Shown here: one piece after another, positions 1 to 7,757 of the stretch
Layout of the letters: each line of letters begins with the position of its first letter
Position numbering within the stretch: the stretch's first letter is position 1
From: Candidatus Saccharimonadota bacterium
GTDB lineage: Bacteria > Patescibacteriota > Gracilibacteria > UBA1369 > 2-02-FULL-48-14
Direction: 5' to 3'
Assembly: GCA_016699145.1 (NCBI GenBank)
Contig: CP064962.1
Coordinates: forward strand, 180,001-212,000
DNA length: 32,000 bases
Translations under genes and position numbers: made by a program
Notes under the pieces: model-generated
What the model was told of the DNA's origin: nothing
Databases searched by the model: none
What the model saw: only the letters and a program-made list of their open reading frames with translations

Positions 1-705
1 ATGCAAGTGCACAACATGGCTCGGGAAGAAATGATCAGCGCCGGAATGGGCATGCAAGAAATTTTACAACGCATCAAAGAAGGAACCCTCAAACTCTTAA
101 AAGTAGTTCTGAAAGCAGACACTCAAGGCTCCTTAGAAGCCATCAAACAAGCGCTCGCAAAAGTGAAAAATGACGACGTTGCGATCCGCGTGATTCACAG
201 CGGGGTGGGCTCCATTTCTGAATCGGATGTGATGATGGCTGCAGCCAGTCGCGGAACTTTGGTGCTGGGCTTCCACACCGAAGCCAATTTACAGGTTGAA
301 CGCCTGGCCGAGCGCATGGGCATTGAAGTGGTGACTTATAAAGTCATTTATGAACTGATCGACGACCTCAAGAAGATCTTGACAGGCATGTTACAACCCG
401 AACTCATCCACATTGAACTGGGCCAATTCAAAGTCATGAAGATCTTTTACACCGGAAAAAATGAAATGGTGGTGGGAGGAGCCATTACAGAAGGCAAAAT
501 GGAAAAGAAAGCCAAGTTACGAGTTTTGAGAGAAGGTGAAAAAATCGGTGAAGGACAGCTCACCGGACTCAAATTGGTGAATGAAGACGTGGAGATGCTT
601 GAAAAAGGCACCGAATGTGGAGCGCGTTATCAAGGAAAAGTGAGCCTACAAGAAGGCGACATTTTAGAAGCTTGGAAAGAAGAAAAGAAAATGAAGACCC
701 TTTAA
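1..705 (+). CDS. infB: translation initiation factor IF-2, C-terminal part (5' end lies outside the window)
   Basis: The ORF is open to the window edge, so the leading M in the track is not a real start. IF-2 C-terminal domains are recognisable by eye: LKVVLKADTQGSLEAIKQAL, IRVIHSGVGSISESDVMMAAAS, LGFHT, YKVIYELIDDLK. The stop is at 703-705. Confidence 0.85.
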   Translation: MQVHNMAREEMISAGMGMQEILQRIKEGTLKLLKVVLKADTQGSLEAIKQALAKVKNDDVAIRVIHSGVGSISESDVMMAAASRGTLVLGFHTEANLQVERLAERMGIEVVTYKVIYELIDDLKKILTGMLQPELIHIELGQFKVMKIFYTGKNEMVVGGAITEGKMEKKAKLRVLREGEKIGEGQLTGLKLVNEDVEMLEKGTECGARYQGKVSLQEGDILEAWKEEKKMKTL

Positions 706-713
706 GTTTTGTT

Positions 714-1748
714 ATGAAAGTTCTTATAACCGGTGGAGCCGGTTTCATTGGCACCAACTACGTTTACGCTCATTTGGCGCGTCATCCGCAAGATGAGCTT
801 TGGGTCTTGGATGCACTCACCTATTCAGGACATCGTGAAAATTTAGCAGAAGCCGAAGCCAAAGGAGTACACTTTATAGAAGGTCGCATCGAGGATGTTC
901 CCTTTGTGAGAGACTTGTTCGAGACGGTGGGTTTCGATCTTGTGGTGCACTTTGCCGCCGAAAGCCATGTGGATCGCAGCATCAAAAACCCTGCTGCCTT
1001 CGTGCTCACCAATGTAGTCGGGACTCAAACTCTCTTGGATGCAGCTCGCGATTTCGAAGTAAAGCGCTTCCACCACATCTCCACAGACGAAGTGTATGGA
1101 GACCTCGGGTTCGGTTCAAAAGAGCGTTTCAACGAAAACTCACCCATCCGCCCCAGCAGCCCTTATTCAGCCAGCAAAGCTGCCTCCGATTTTTTAGTGC
1201 TTTCCTACCTGAAAACCTATGGATTGCCTGTGACTCTCAGCCGTTGTTCCAACAACTACGGCCCCTATCAAAGCCTTGAAAACCTCATTCCTCTGCTCAT
1301 CTCTAAAGCAGTAGAAGGCGGCGCTCTACCTCTTTATGGAACCGGAAAAAACGTGAGAGATTGGCTTTTTGTGGAAGATCACTGCGAAGCCATTTTGACC
1401 ATTTTAGAAAAAGGAAAAATTGGAGAAATTTACAATATTGGAGGGGACAGCGAACAAGAAAATGTAGAAGTGGCTCAAAACATTTTGCAAATCTTAAAAA
1501 AGCCAGAATCTCTCATCCACTTTGTAGAGGATCGCAAAGGGCACGACGAACGTTACGCCATCGATTTTTCAAAATTAAAGACCGAATTGGGCTGGAGTCC
1601 AAAAATGAATTTCGAAGAAGGGATGCGCCGCACCGTAGAATGGTATACACTGAGCACATATGAAAGGAGTCCTACTCGCGGGGGGAACCGGATCTCGGCT
1701 CGCTCCACTCACCAAAGTCACGAACAAACATCTGCTGCCGGTCTATAA
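714..1748 (+). CDS. rfbB: dTDP-glucose 4,6-dehydratase (extended SDR); 3' end uncertain
   Basis: ATG at 714 gives MKVLITGGAGFIGTNYV (Rossmann GxxGxxG). The catalytic motifs HISTDEVYG and YSASKAASD (YxxxK) are present, and DRKGHDERYAID is typical of RfbB. The ORF runs 89 nt into the next gene, so the true stop is in doubt. Confidence 0.85.
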   Translation: MKVLITGGAGFIGTNYVYAHLARHPQDELWVLDALTYSGHRENLAEAEAKGVHFIEGRIEDVPFVRDLFETVGFDLVVHFAAESHVDRSIKNPAAFVLTNVVGTQTLLDAARDFEVKRFHHISTDEVYGDLGFGSKERFNENSPIRPSSPYSASKAASDFLVLSYLKTYGLPVTLSRCSNNYGPYQSLENLIPLLISKAVEGGALPLYGTGKNVRDWLFVEDHCEAILTILEKGKIGEIYNIGGDSEQENVEVAQNILQILKKPESLIHFVEDRKGHDERYAIDFSKLKTELGWSPKMNFEEGMRRTVEWYTLSTYERSPTRGGNRISARSTHQSHEQTSAAGL

Positions 1749-2381
1749 GCAGCCCATGATCTATTACCCTTTGCTAAAAATGAAGCAAATGGGCATTGAA
1801 AGTGTTTTACTCGTGTCTGGAAGAGGCCACGCAGGTCACTTTTTGGAGCTTTTAGGAGGAGGAAATGAATTTGGCCTTAAATTGGCTTATGAAGTTCAAG
1901 AAGAAGCCGGCGGAATCGCTCAAGCTTTAAGCCTTGCAGAAGATTTTGTGGGAAACGAGCCCTTCACCGTGCTTTTAGGGGACAATATTTTCGAAGACGA
2001 TCTCAAATCCGTCGCAGAAGCTTTTGAAAAGGGGATCAAGACGCTCACCTGTTCTTGAAAAAAGTGGCTCGTCCGCAAAGTTATGGAGTGCCTCGTTTTG
2101 AAAATGAAAAAATCGTTGAAATCCTTGAAAAGCCTCAAGTGGCTCCCAGTTCCTTTGCCATAACAGGCGCTTATTTGTATCGTCCCGCTGTTTTCGAGCT
2201 CATTCGACAACTGAAACCCTCCAGCCGAGGAGAATTGGAAATTTCAGATGTGAACGACCATTACGTGAAACAAGGTCATCTCAGCTACAGCATTTTAGAT
2301 GGTTTTTGGGGGGATTGTGGAGAATCCATCGACGGACTCATGGAAGTGGCTCAGCAACTTCAAAAAGGTTTTAAAACATGA
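1660..2381 (+). pseudogene. sugar-1-phosphate nucleotidylyltransferase (short RmlA-like), frame broken near 2026-2035
   Basis: The N-half (1660-2058) starts MKGVLLAGGTGSRLAPLTKVTNKHLLPV, the nucleotidyltransferase GxGTRL signature. The C-half reads on in the -1 frame from about 2028 (DQDAHLFLKKVARPQSYGVPRFENEKIVEILEKPQ...). The junction is at gaaaagggga. The stop overlaps the next start as ATGA at 2378-2381. Confidence 0.7.
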
Positions 2382-3319
2382 AGCTTTTTGTTTTTGGTTC
2401 CTTAGCGTTGGATGAATTGGGCCATTTCAAAGGCTGTTTTAAAGATTTGCTGCAAACGGGGTCGCCAGAAAAATTGTCCCTTTCTTTCATTGTTGAAGAA
2501 GTAGCAGAATCCCTGGGAGGTTGTGCGGGAAACGTGGCTTATGGCCTCGGTCTGCTCGGCTGCTCGGCGGTGGTGATTGGAAACTTGGGCCACGATGGAG
2601 AAAGCTATGCCAAAACCTTAAAAACTTGGGGTATGGACACGCGCTTCGTTGCTCGTAGCAAGAAATACCGCACCGCAAAAGCCACCATCACCAGCGACGC
2701 TACAGGGGCACAAATCGCGCATTTCAATCCAGGAGCTTTTGGAGAAGAAAAAGCTTTCATTTTACCTTCAAATGCTAAGCCAAACGACATTTTTCTACTG
2801 GGACCAGAAAATAAAAACCGCATGATGGAAGCGGCACAAGCAGCGAAAAAAGCTCACTTGCGCCTTTTTTTAGATCCAGGACAATTGTTGCACACTTTTT
2901 CAAAAAAAGAACTTTTAGAATGGATGGAAGGAGCCGAATGCCTCTTTTTGAACGAATATGAGTGGAGCCTACTTCAGTCCAAAACCACTTTGAAAGAAAA
3001 AGACATTCTAAAAAAAGTAAAAACGCTCATTCTCACTCACGGGGCTATAGGAGGGACTTTGCTTCAAAAAGAAGGCCGTTTTGAATGGGCGGCCTTCCCC
3101 GCTCGTTTTGTGGATGGAACAGGGGCCGGCGATGCCTTCCGAGCCGCCTTTTTGGCCGCCCTCCTAAAGGGCTTCCCTTTTCAAAAAGCCATCCAATGGG
3201 GTGCCATTTTAGGCGCAGCAGTGGTAGAAAGTCCCTTCGCTCAAGGTTACTCGCTCACAAAAGCTCAAGCGCTTGCTTTAAAAAAGCTCGGTTGGTCTGA
3301 ATCAAAGCCTCAGCCTTAA
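2378..3319 (+). CDS. PfkB-family carbohydrate/nucleoside kinase
   Basis: 313 aa. GGCAGNVAYGLGLLG near the N-terminus and VDGTGAGDAFRAAFL near the C-terminus match the two PfkB/ribokinase signatures. Confidence 0.75.
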   Translation: MKLFVFGSLALDELGHFKGCFKDLLQTGSPEKLSLSFIVEEVAESLGGCAGNVAYGLGLLGCSAVVIGNLGHDGESYAKTLKTWGMDTRFVARSKKYRTAKATITSDATGAQIAHFNPGAFGEEKAFILPSNAKPNDIFLLGPENKNRMMEAAQAAKKAHLRLFLDPGQLLHTFSKKELLEWMEGAECLFLNEYEWSLLQSKTTLKEKDILKKVKTLILTHGAIGGTLLQKEGRFEWAAFPARFVDGTGAGDAFRAAFLAALLKGFPFQKAIQWGAILGAAVVESPFAQGYSLTKAQALALKKLGWSESKPQP

Positions 3320-4292
3320 ATGCAGGAGCAGAAAGCCCTTTCAAGGCCTCACGCAAAGTCTCTTCCTCCCACTCCAACGGCTCTAAGATCACCTGATCCA
3401 CCCCCAAGGCTTTAAAAAAAGCCGTCACTTTTTCACTGTAGGCCAAAGCCAAAAAAGGAGTGGAAGCCATCAAGGAAAAAATGCCCGCATGCAACCTGAA
3501 GGTGACTGCAAACTTGGCCTTTTGAAAGGCTAAAAACGCTTCCCGCGCAGAGGAAGGATAATAAGTTTCCCAAGGGAAAGCCTGTAAAAATTCTCGCTCT
3601 TTTAAGGGTTCCATGGACAAAAGAATCGGTTTCAAATGCTGCTTTTTTGCCCATTCGTTGATGGGTTTCACAAGCGTTAAAAGTCGCTCCAACGAAAAAC
3701 CCGGCCATTTTCTAAACGACAATAAAAGCAGCTCTTGTCGTGCCACTTTAGGGGAAGCTTGCAGGTAGGACAAAGCAAAATCCGTGCCCACAGTAGCCGA
3801 CAAACCCCATCTTTGAGGCCACTTGAGCGAAGTTTCATCTCGAAGATGAATAGCGCGAGCCCCCTGAAAAGCCTTTCGAGTCCACCAGCGAGCCCAAGGA
3901 GTTTTAAGCGGCCCCACACTTTGTCCCAAAATCACATAAGGAATTTTAAGTTTTTGCAAGATTTTAGCCTGACGATACCAAATGTAAGGTGCTTTCCAGG
4001 ACTCCGCATCCGTAAAAAGCCCTCCCCCTCCAAAAAGAGCCAAATCATGCCCTGCCCACTGTTTTTCTAGAGCAGCAGCCTTGAAACGACTCCGAAACCC
4101 AGCCGGAGCAAAAGGGATTTTCTTCAAATTCCTATACAAATCCGTACTGCTGCGCAAACCCCCATGAGTGACCGTGAGCCCCCCTTTGAACTTTAAAGCC
4201 TCCAAATCCATCAAAATACCCCCTAAAATGGCATCGTCACCTAGGTTCCCGGCCCCATAATTTCCGATTATAAGAAGCTTTCTTGCAGACAT
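3255..4292 (-). CDS. polysaccharide pyruvyl transferase family protein (CsaB/WcaK-like)
   Basis: 345 aa. The N-terminal LLIIGNYGAGNLGDDAILGG and the C-terminal FRLHAGIFSLMASTPFLALAYSEK resemble the pyruvyl-transferase family. Its 3' end overlaps the convergent PfkB gene by 65 nt. Confidence 0.65.
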   Translation of the reverse strand: MSARKLLIIGNYGAGNLGDDAILGGILMDLEALKFKGGLTVTHGGLRSSTDLYRNLKKIPFAPAGFRSRFKAAALEKQWAGHDLALFGGGGLFTDAESWKAPYIWYRQAKILQKLKIPYVILGQSVGPLKTPWARWWTRKAFQGARAIHLRDETSLKWPQRWGLSATVGTDFALSYLQASPKVARQELLLLSFRKWPGFSLERLLTLVKPINEWAKKQHLKPILLSMEPLKEREFLQAFPWETYYPSSAREAFLAFQKAKFAVTFRLHAGIFSLMASTPFLALAYSEKVTAFFKALGVDQVILEPLEWEEETLREALKGLSAPAFKAEALIQTNRAFLKQALELL

Positions 4293-4864
4293 TTTAAATT
4301 TTGAAGAGGTTTATAAGTTTTACGGTGCAAGTCACAAGGACCATGTTCTTGAAGCGCCCGCTGATGCCGTGCCGTCCCATACCCTTTATGAAATTCAAAA
4401 CCATAAAGTGGAAACCGACTGGCCCATTCTACCATCAAACGATCGCGCGTAACTTTGGCCAAAATGGAAGCCGCTGCAATGCAGCGATAAATACCATCTC
4501 CTCTAATGACGGAGGTGTGAGGCAAAGAAAAATGAAAGGCATCGCGTCCATCAATGTAAATGTGATCCGCAGGAGCTTCAAGCTGAACCAAGGCACGAGA
4601 AAAAGCCAAAAAAGTAGCTTGCAAAAGGCCCTTCTCATCGACTTCCTCCGCACTGGCGACCCCAATTCCATGAGGACAAGTCGAACAAATCTTAGGGAAA
4701 AGCAATTCTCGCTGCTGGACCGTGAGTTTTTTGGAGTCATCCAAACCCGGCAAACGCAGCTTTTTAGGTAAAATCACGGCAGCAGCCACCACGGGTCCCG
4801 CCCAGGAACCACGGCCCACCTCATCCATGCCAACAACAATGCCATCAAAAGAAGGATTTTTCAC
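4268..4864 (-). CDS. rnhB: ribonuclease HII
   Basis: 198 aa. Motifs DEVGRGSWAGPVVAAAV, DDSKKL and AASILAKVTRD are characteristic of RNase HII. Confidence 0.85.
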   Translation of the reverse strand: MKNPSFDGIVVGMDEVGRGSWAGPVVAAAVILPKKLRLPGLDDSKKLTVQQRELLFPKICSTCPHGIGVASAEEVDEKGLLQATFLAFSRALVQLEAPADHIYIDGRDAFHFSLPHTSVIRGDGIYRCIAAASILAKVTRDRLMVEWASRFPLYGFEFHKGYGTARHQRALQEHGPCDLHRKTYKPLQNLKCLQESFL

Positions 4865-4956
4865 CTTAAAAGCATAGAGGCTAGCTCAAAAAAAGGGAAG
4901 CAAATGAGTGAGCTTCGTGCGACAAAAAAGCTCCTTCCTGGGTTTTGAGAGGGCCT

Positions 4957-5517
4957 CTACTCTTGTTTTTCTTGTTTTTCTTCAGCAGGAGTTTCCACCG
5001 GAGTTTCAGGCGTTTCGTCCACAACTTCCTCTGGAGGAATCTCTGGCGTTTCCTCGGGAACAGCCTCTTCCTTCACCTCTTCCACCGCTTCAACGTCTTC
5101 CAAAGCTGGCTCGGAAGCACTTTGTTCCTCGGCACGAGTCGCCAAAAGCATTTCAATCACTCCGCCTTTCTTATCTCGAAGACGAGTGGATTTTCCTTCC
5201 AAAGTACGCATGTAATAAAGTTTGGAACGGCGAACCTTTCCGCTTTTCATGACTTCAATTTTTTCAAGAAGAGGACTGTGCAGAGGGAATACTTTTTCCA
5301 CTCCAACACCTTCCACAACCTTGCGCACGGTAAAAGTCTTATCCGTCGCACGAGCACCAGAACTGAGCTTGATCACCAATCCTTCAAAAATTTGAACGCG
5401 TTCCTTTTCACCCTCTTTGATCCGTTGATGAACGCGAACCACATAACCGGGTTTAAGAACGGGAACATCCTTCTTAACAGAAGAGTTGGAAACGTGTGCT
5501 AACAGTGCTTGTGACAT
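4957..5517 (-). CDS. rplS: 50S ribosomal protein L19 with a ~70 aa acidic Glu/Pro/Val-rich C-terminal extension
   Basis: The L19 core is VPVLKPGYVVRVHQRIKEGEKERVQIFEGLVIKL...RRSKLYYMR. It is followed by EEQSASEPALEDVEAVEEVKEEAVPEETPEIPPEEVVDETPETPVETPAEEKQEKQE. Confidence 0.9.
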   Translation of the reverse strand: MSQALLAHVSNSSVKKDVPVLKPGYVVRVHQRIKEGEKERVQIFEGLVIKLSSGARATDKTFTVRKVVEGVGVEKVFPLHSPLLEKIEVMKSGKVRRSKLYYMRTLEGKSTRLRDKKGGVIEMLLATRAEEQSASEPALEDVEAVEEVKEEAVPEETPEIPPEEVVDETPETPVETPAEEKQEKQE

Positions 5518-5540
5518 ACTGAATTCAAAATGGCTTGGGT

Positions 5541-5569
5541 ACTATAGGGATGCAAAATCCGTTTGGCAA
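5541..5569 (-). promoter_or_regulatory. candidate sigma70-type promoter of rplS
   Basis: On the minus strand: TTGCCA (5569-5564), 17 nt, TATAGT (5546-5541). The -10 element ends 23 nt upstream of the rplS ATG. Confidence 0.4.
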
Positions 5570-5604
5570 GAGCATTTAGAGGCCACTTTAAAAAAGAGGG
5601 ATCC

Positions 5605-6162
5605 CTATTGCCCTGAAGTGAGTTTATTAATGGCAATCATATTGTCTCGATCCTCCACCAAACTGAGGATGAACTTATCCTGACATTTCAAACGATACAA
5701 AAAATCATCGCTTTTAAGCACGCTGAACTTGATGGGAGCCTGATTTTCAAGCGTATCTAAATACTTTTCCAATTGTTCTTTATTAATGTCTCCAGAAATG
5801 AGCAAATCCACCGGCGATTCTTTTTCTAAAAAAACTCCTGAAACCAATAAAAAATCCAGCTGACCCATTTTTTGAATGTTCTTTATAACGGCATCAATGG
5901 AGGGATTCGCCTTAATGATGATGCGACGCAATTCATTGAAAAGCACAAAGTCTTTATTCACTGAATAAAATTTATGACGATTTTTCGCTCGACTCTTCAA
6001 AAGGCCCATTTTCTTGAGATTGTCCAGTTCACGGCGCACCGAGTTGATCTGTTCATCCAGCTCACGAGTCAGTTCACGCACGAAGTATTCTTCATCGGGC
6101 TTGAGAAGAAAAATAGTGAGCAATTTGACGCGTGCTTTCGAAGTGAACAGATGTTTCAGCAT
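5605..6162 (-). CDS. winged-helix (ArsR/MarR-like) transcriptional regulator with an uncharacterised C-terminal domain
   Basis: The N-terminal MLKHLFTSKARVKLLTIFLLKPDEEYFVRELTRELDEQINSVRRELDNLKKMGLL has a wHTH pattern. Start chosen at the internal ATG 6162; the ORF is open to 6225. Confidence 0.55.
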   Translation of the reverse strand: MLKHLFTSKARVKLLTIFLLKPDEEYFVRELTRELDEQINSVRRELDNLKKMGLLKSRAKNRHKFYSVNKDFVLFNELRRIIIKANPSIDAVIKNIQKMGQLDFLLVSGVFLEKESPVDLLISGDINKEQLEKYLDTLENQAPIKFSVLKSDDFLYRLKCQDKFILSLVEDRDNMIAINKLTSGQ

Positions 6163-6376
6163 GTACACATATTTTATACAAACTTCCCGCAATGTATAAT
6201 TTTTTAATTCAAATTGCAAGTTCAATTGCCCAAAAAGCCCCCTTTAAGATTAGAGACTTGGGACGGTCGGCATAGACTTAGCGAACAATTTATTTGATCG
6301 CAATGTGCTTCCTAAGCAGGCTATGAACAATTTACTTACTCGACTTCCGACTCCTTCGAACACCGCTTGAAGGCAC

Positions 6377-7660
6377 TTATTTTTGCGTGTGTCCACGAAC
6401 CAATTTCTTGAATCGAGCCGTTTGCTTCATGTATTCACGCTCTTCGGTCCCCGCCGCATAGCGACCGCGAAGCATTTCGCGGAACTGTTCAGGGTAACGA
6501 CCTAAGATTTTTTCCACTTCTTGCTCCACTTCTTCTTCGCTCACTTCAGGATTTTCAAGTTCAAACAGCTTTTCCAAGCCAAGGCGCACCAGCACCTGCT
6601 CGGCTGCCGTGGTTCTGAGTTCCGTACGCAGGTCCTTCCCTTCTTTCTTTAGATTTTCCTGATAAGCTTCCCAACTTTCTTTGCGCTTTTCGACATCCTC
6701 TTTAATGCGTTCCACCATCAGATCAATCTCACGTTCCACCAAGGCTTCCGGTACCTCCGCTTCCACATGCTCAGCCAGTTGTTTTAAAAAGTCATTTTCA
6801 AGGCGTCCTTCTTCTTGCATTTGCTTCTGAACAATGAGCTCTGCATGGATGTCCTTTTTCATCGTTTCCAATGTTTTTTCAGGGTCTCCAGAAACCTGCT
6901 TCGCCCACGCATCGTCCGCCGTAGCCGCCTCCGACTCTTCCACACGATTCAATTTGATGTGAAATTTGACCTTTTTATCTTGGAAAGAAGCCTTGTGATA
7001 ATCCTTGGGGAAAGTGATCCAAAAATCCTTTTCCTCACCGATTTCCATGCTCTCCACCTCTTCTTCAAAACCAGGGATCAGCGAGCCTGAACCCAAAATC
7101 ACAGGATGATTCTTGCTAGAAGTGCCTTCCAAGGCCACTCCATCTTCATCTAAACCGTCGAAATCGATTTCAACGCGATCTCCCTTTTTCGCAGCACGAG
7201 TCACATCCTTCCAGTTTTTAAAACGTTCCAAAAAATTGTCGATCACTTCTTTGACTTCTTTTTCGTTCACTTCCATTTTCGCCATTTTCACGGAAAGATT
7301 TTTAGGGTCTTTTTTAAAACTCACTTCGGGGCGTAGCGCCACCAAAGCCTCATATTTGAGAGGCTGATCTTTTAAAATTTGGATCTTAGGATAAGCCACT
7401 GGACGAAGTTCTTTGGAGCGAACGGCCGCTTCGTAACTGACTCCAATGGCATGATCGAGCACTTGAGCCATAAAAGCTTGTTCCCCCACATGGTCTTTTA
7501 AAACCTCAACAGGCACGTGTCCCTTGCGAAAACCGGGCACATTCACATGTTCTTGCAGCTCCTGCGTGGCTTTTTCTTCATATTGCTTCATTTCCTCAGC
7601 AGTGAGCTCAATGGTGAGCTTGGCTTCGGATTTGGCCAATTTTTCAACTTCGATATTCAT
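6377..7660 (-). CDS. tig: trigger factor
   Basis: Start taken at internal ATG 7660 (MNIEVEKLAKSEAKLTIEL). The GFRKGHVP ribosome-docking signature is present. An FKBP-like middle region is followed by a long helical C-terminal arm. Confidence 0.85.
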   Translation of the reverse strand: MNIEVEKLAKSEAKLTIELTAEEMKQYEEKATQELQEHVNVPGFRKGHVPVEVLKDHVGEQAFMAQVLDHAIGVSYEAAVRSKELRPVAYPKIQILKDQPLKYEALVALRPEVSFKKDPKNLSVKMAKMEVNEKEVKEVIDNFLERFKNWKDVTRAAKKGDRVEIDFDGLDEDGVALEGTSSKNHPVILGSGSLIPGFEEEVESMEIGEEKDFWITFPKDYHKASFQDKKVKFHIKLNRVEESEAATADDAWAKQVSGDPEKTLETMKKDIHAELIVQKQMQEEGRLENDFLKQLAEHVEAEVPEALVEREIDLMVERIKEDVEKRKESWEAYQENLKKEGKDLRTELRTTAAEQVLVRLGLEKLFELENPEVSEEEVEQEVEKILGRYPEQFREMLRGRYAAGTEEREYMKQTARFKKLVRGHTQK

Positions 7661-7685
7661 GCAGTGGGGTAAAAAAACTTGGCAT

Positions 7686-7737
7686 AGAATACTTGACCTT
7701 ATAGGGTATTGCAATTTTTTCCGTTTTTTGCTATAAT
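7686..7737. promoter_or_regulatory. candidate divergent promoter pair sharing one palindromic -35 hexamer
   Basis: TTGCAA (7709-7714) is its own reverse complement. Plus strand: 17 nt then TGCTATAAT (7729-7737), an extended -10, 20 nt before the ATG at 7758. Minus strand: 17 nt then TATTCT (7691-7686), 25 nt before the tig ATG at 7660. Confidence 0.4.
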
Positions 7738-7757
7738 TCAAAGATTTACAAATACGT

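Noticed and set aside
1361-1663. 100-aa alternate-frame ORF inside rfbB
   Set aside because: It lies within a well-supported SDR gene and its product is Arg-rich nonsense. It is relevant only because its stop (1661-1663) could be the true rfbB stop if there is a late indel.
4908-5502. Plus-strand ORFs of 114 and 185 aa antisense to rplS
   Set aside because: They are an artefact of the low-complexity GAA/CCT-rich tail and the conserved L19 core on the other strand. Their products are Phe/Leu/Ser-rich nonsense.
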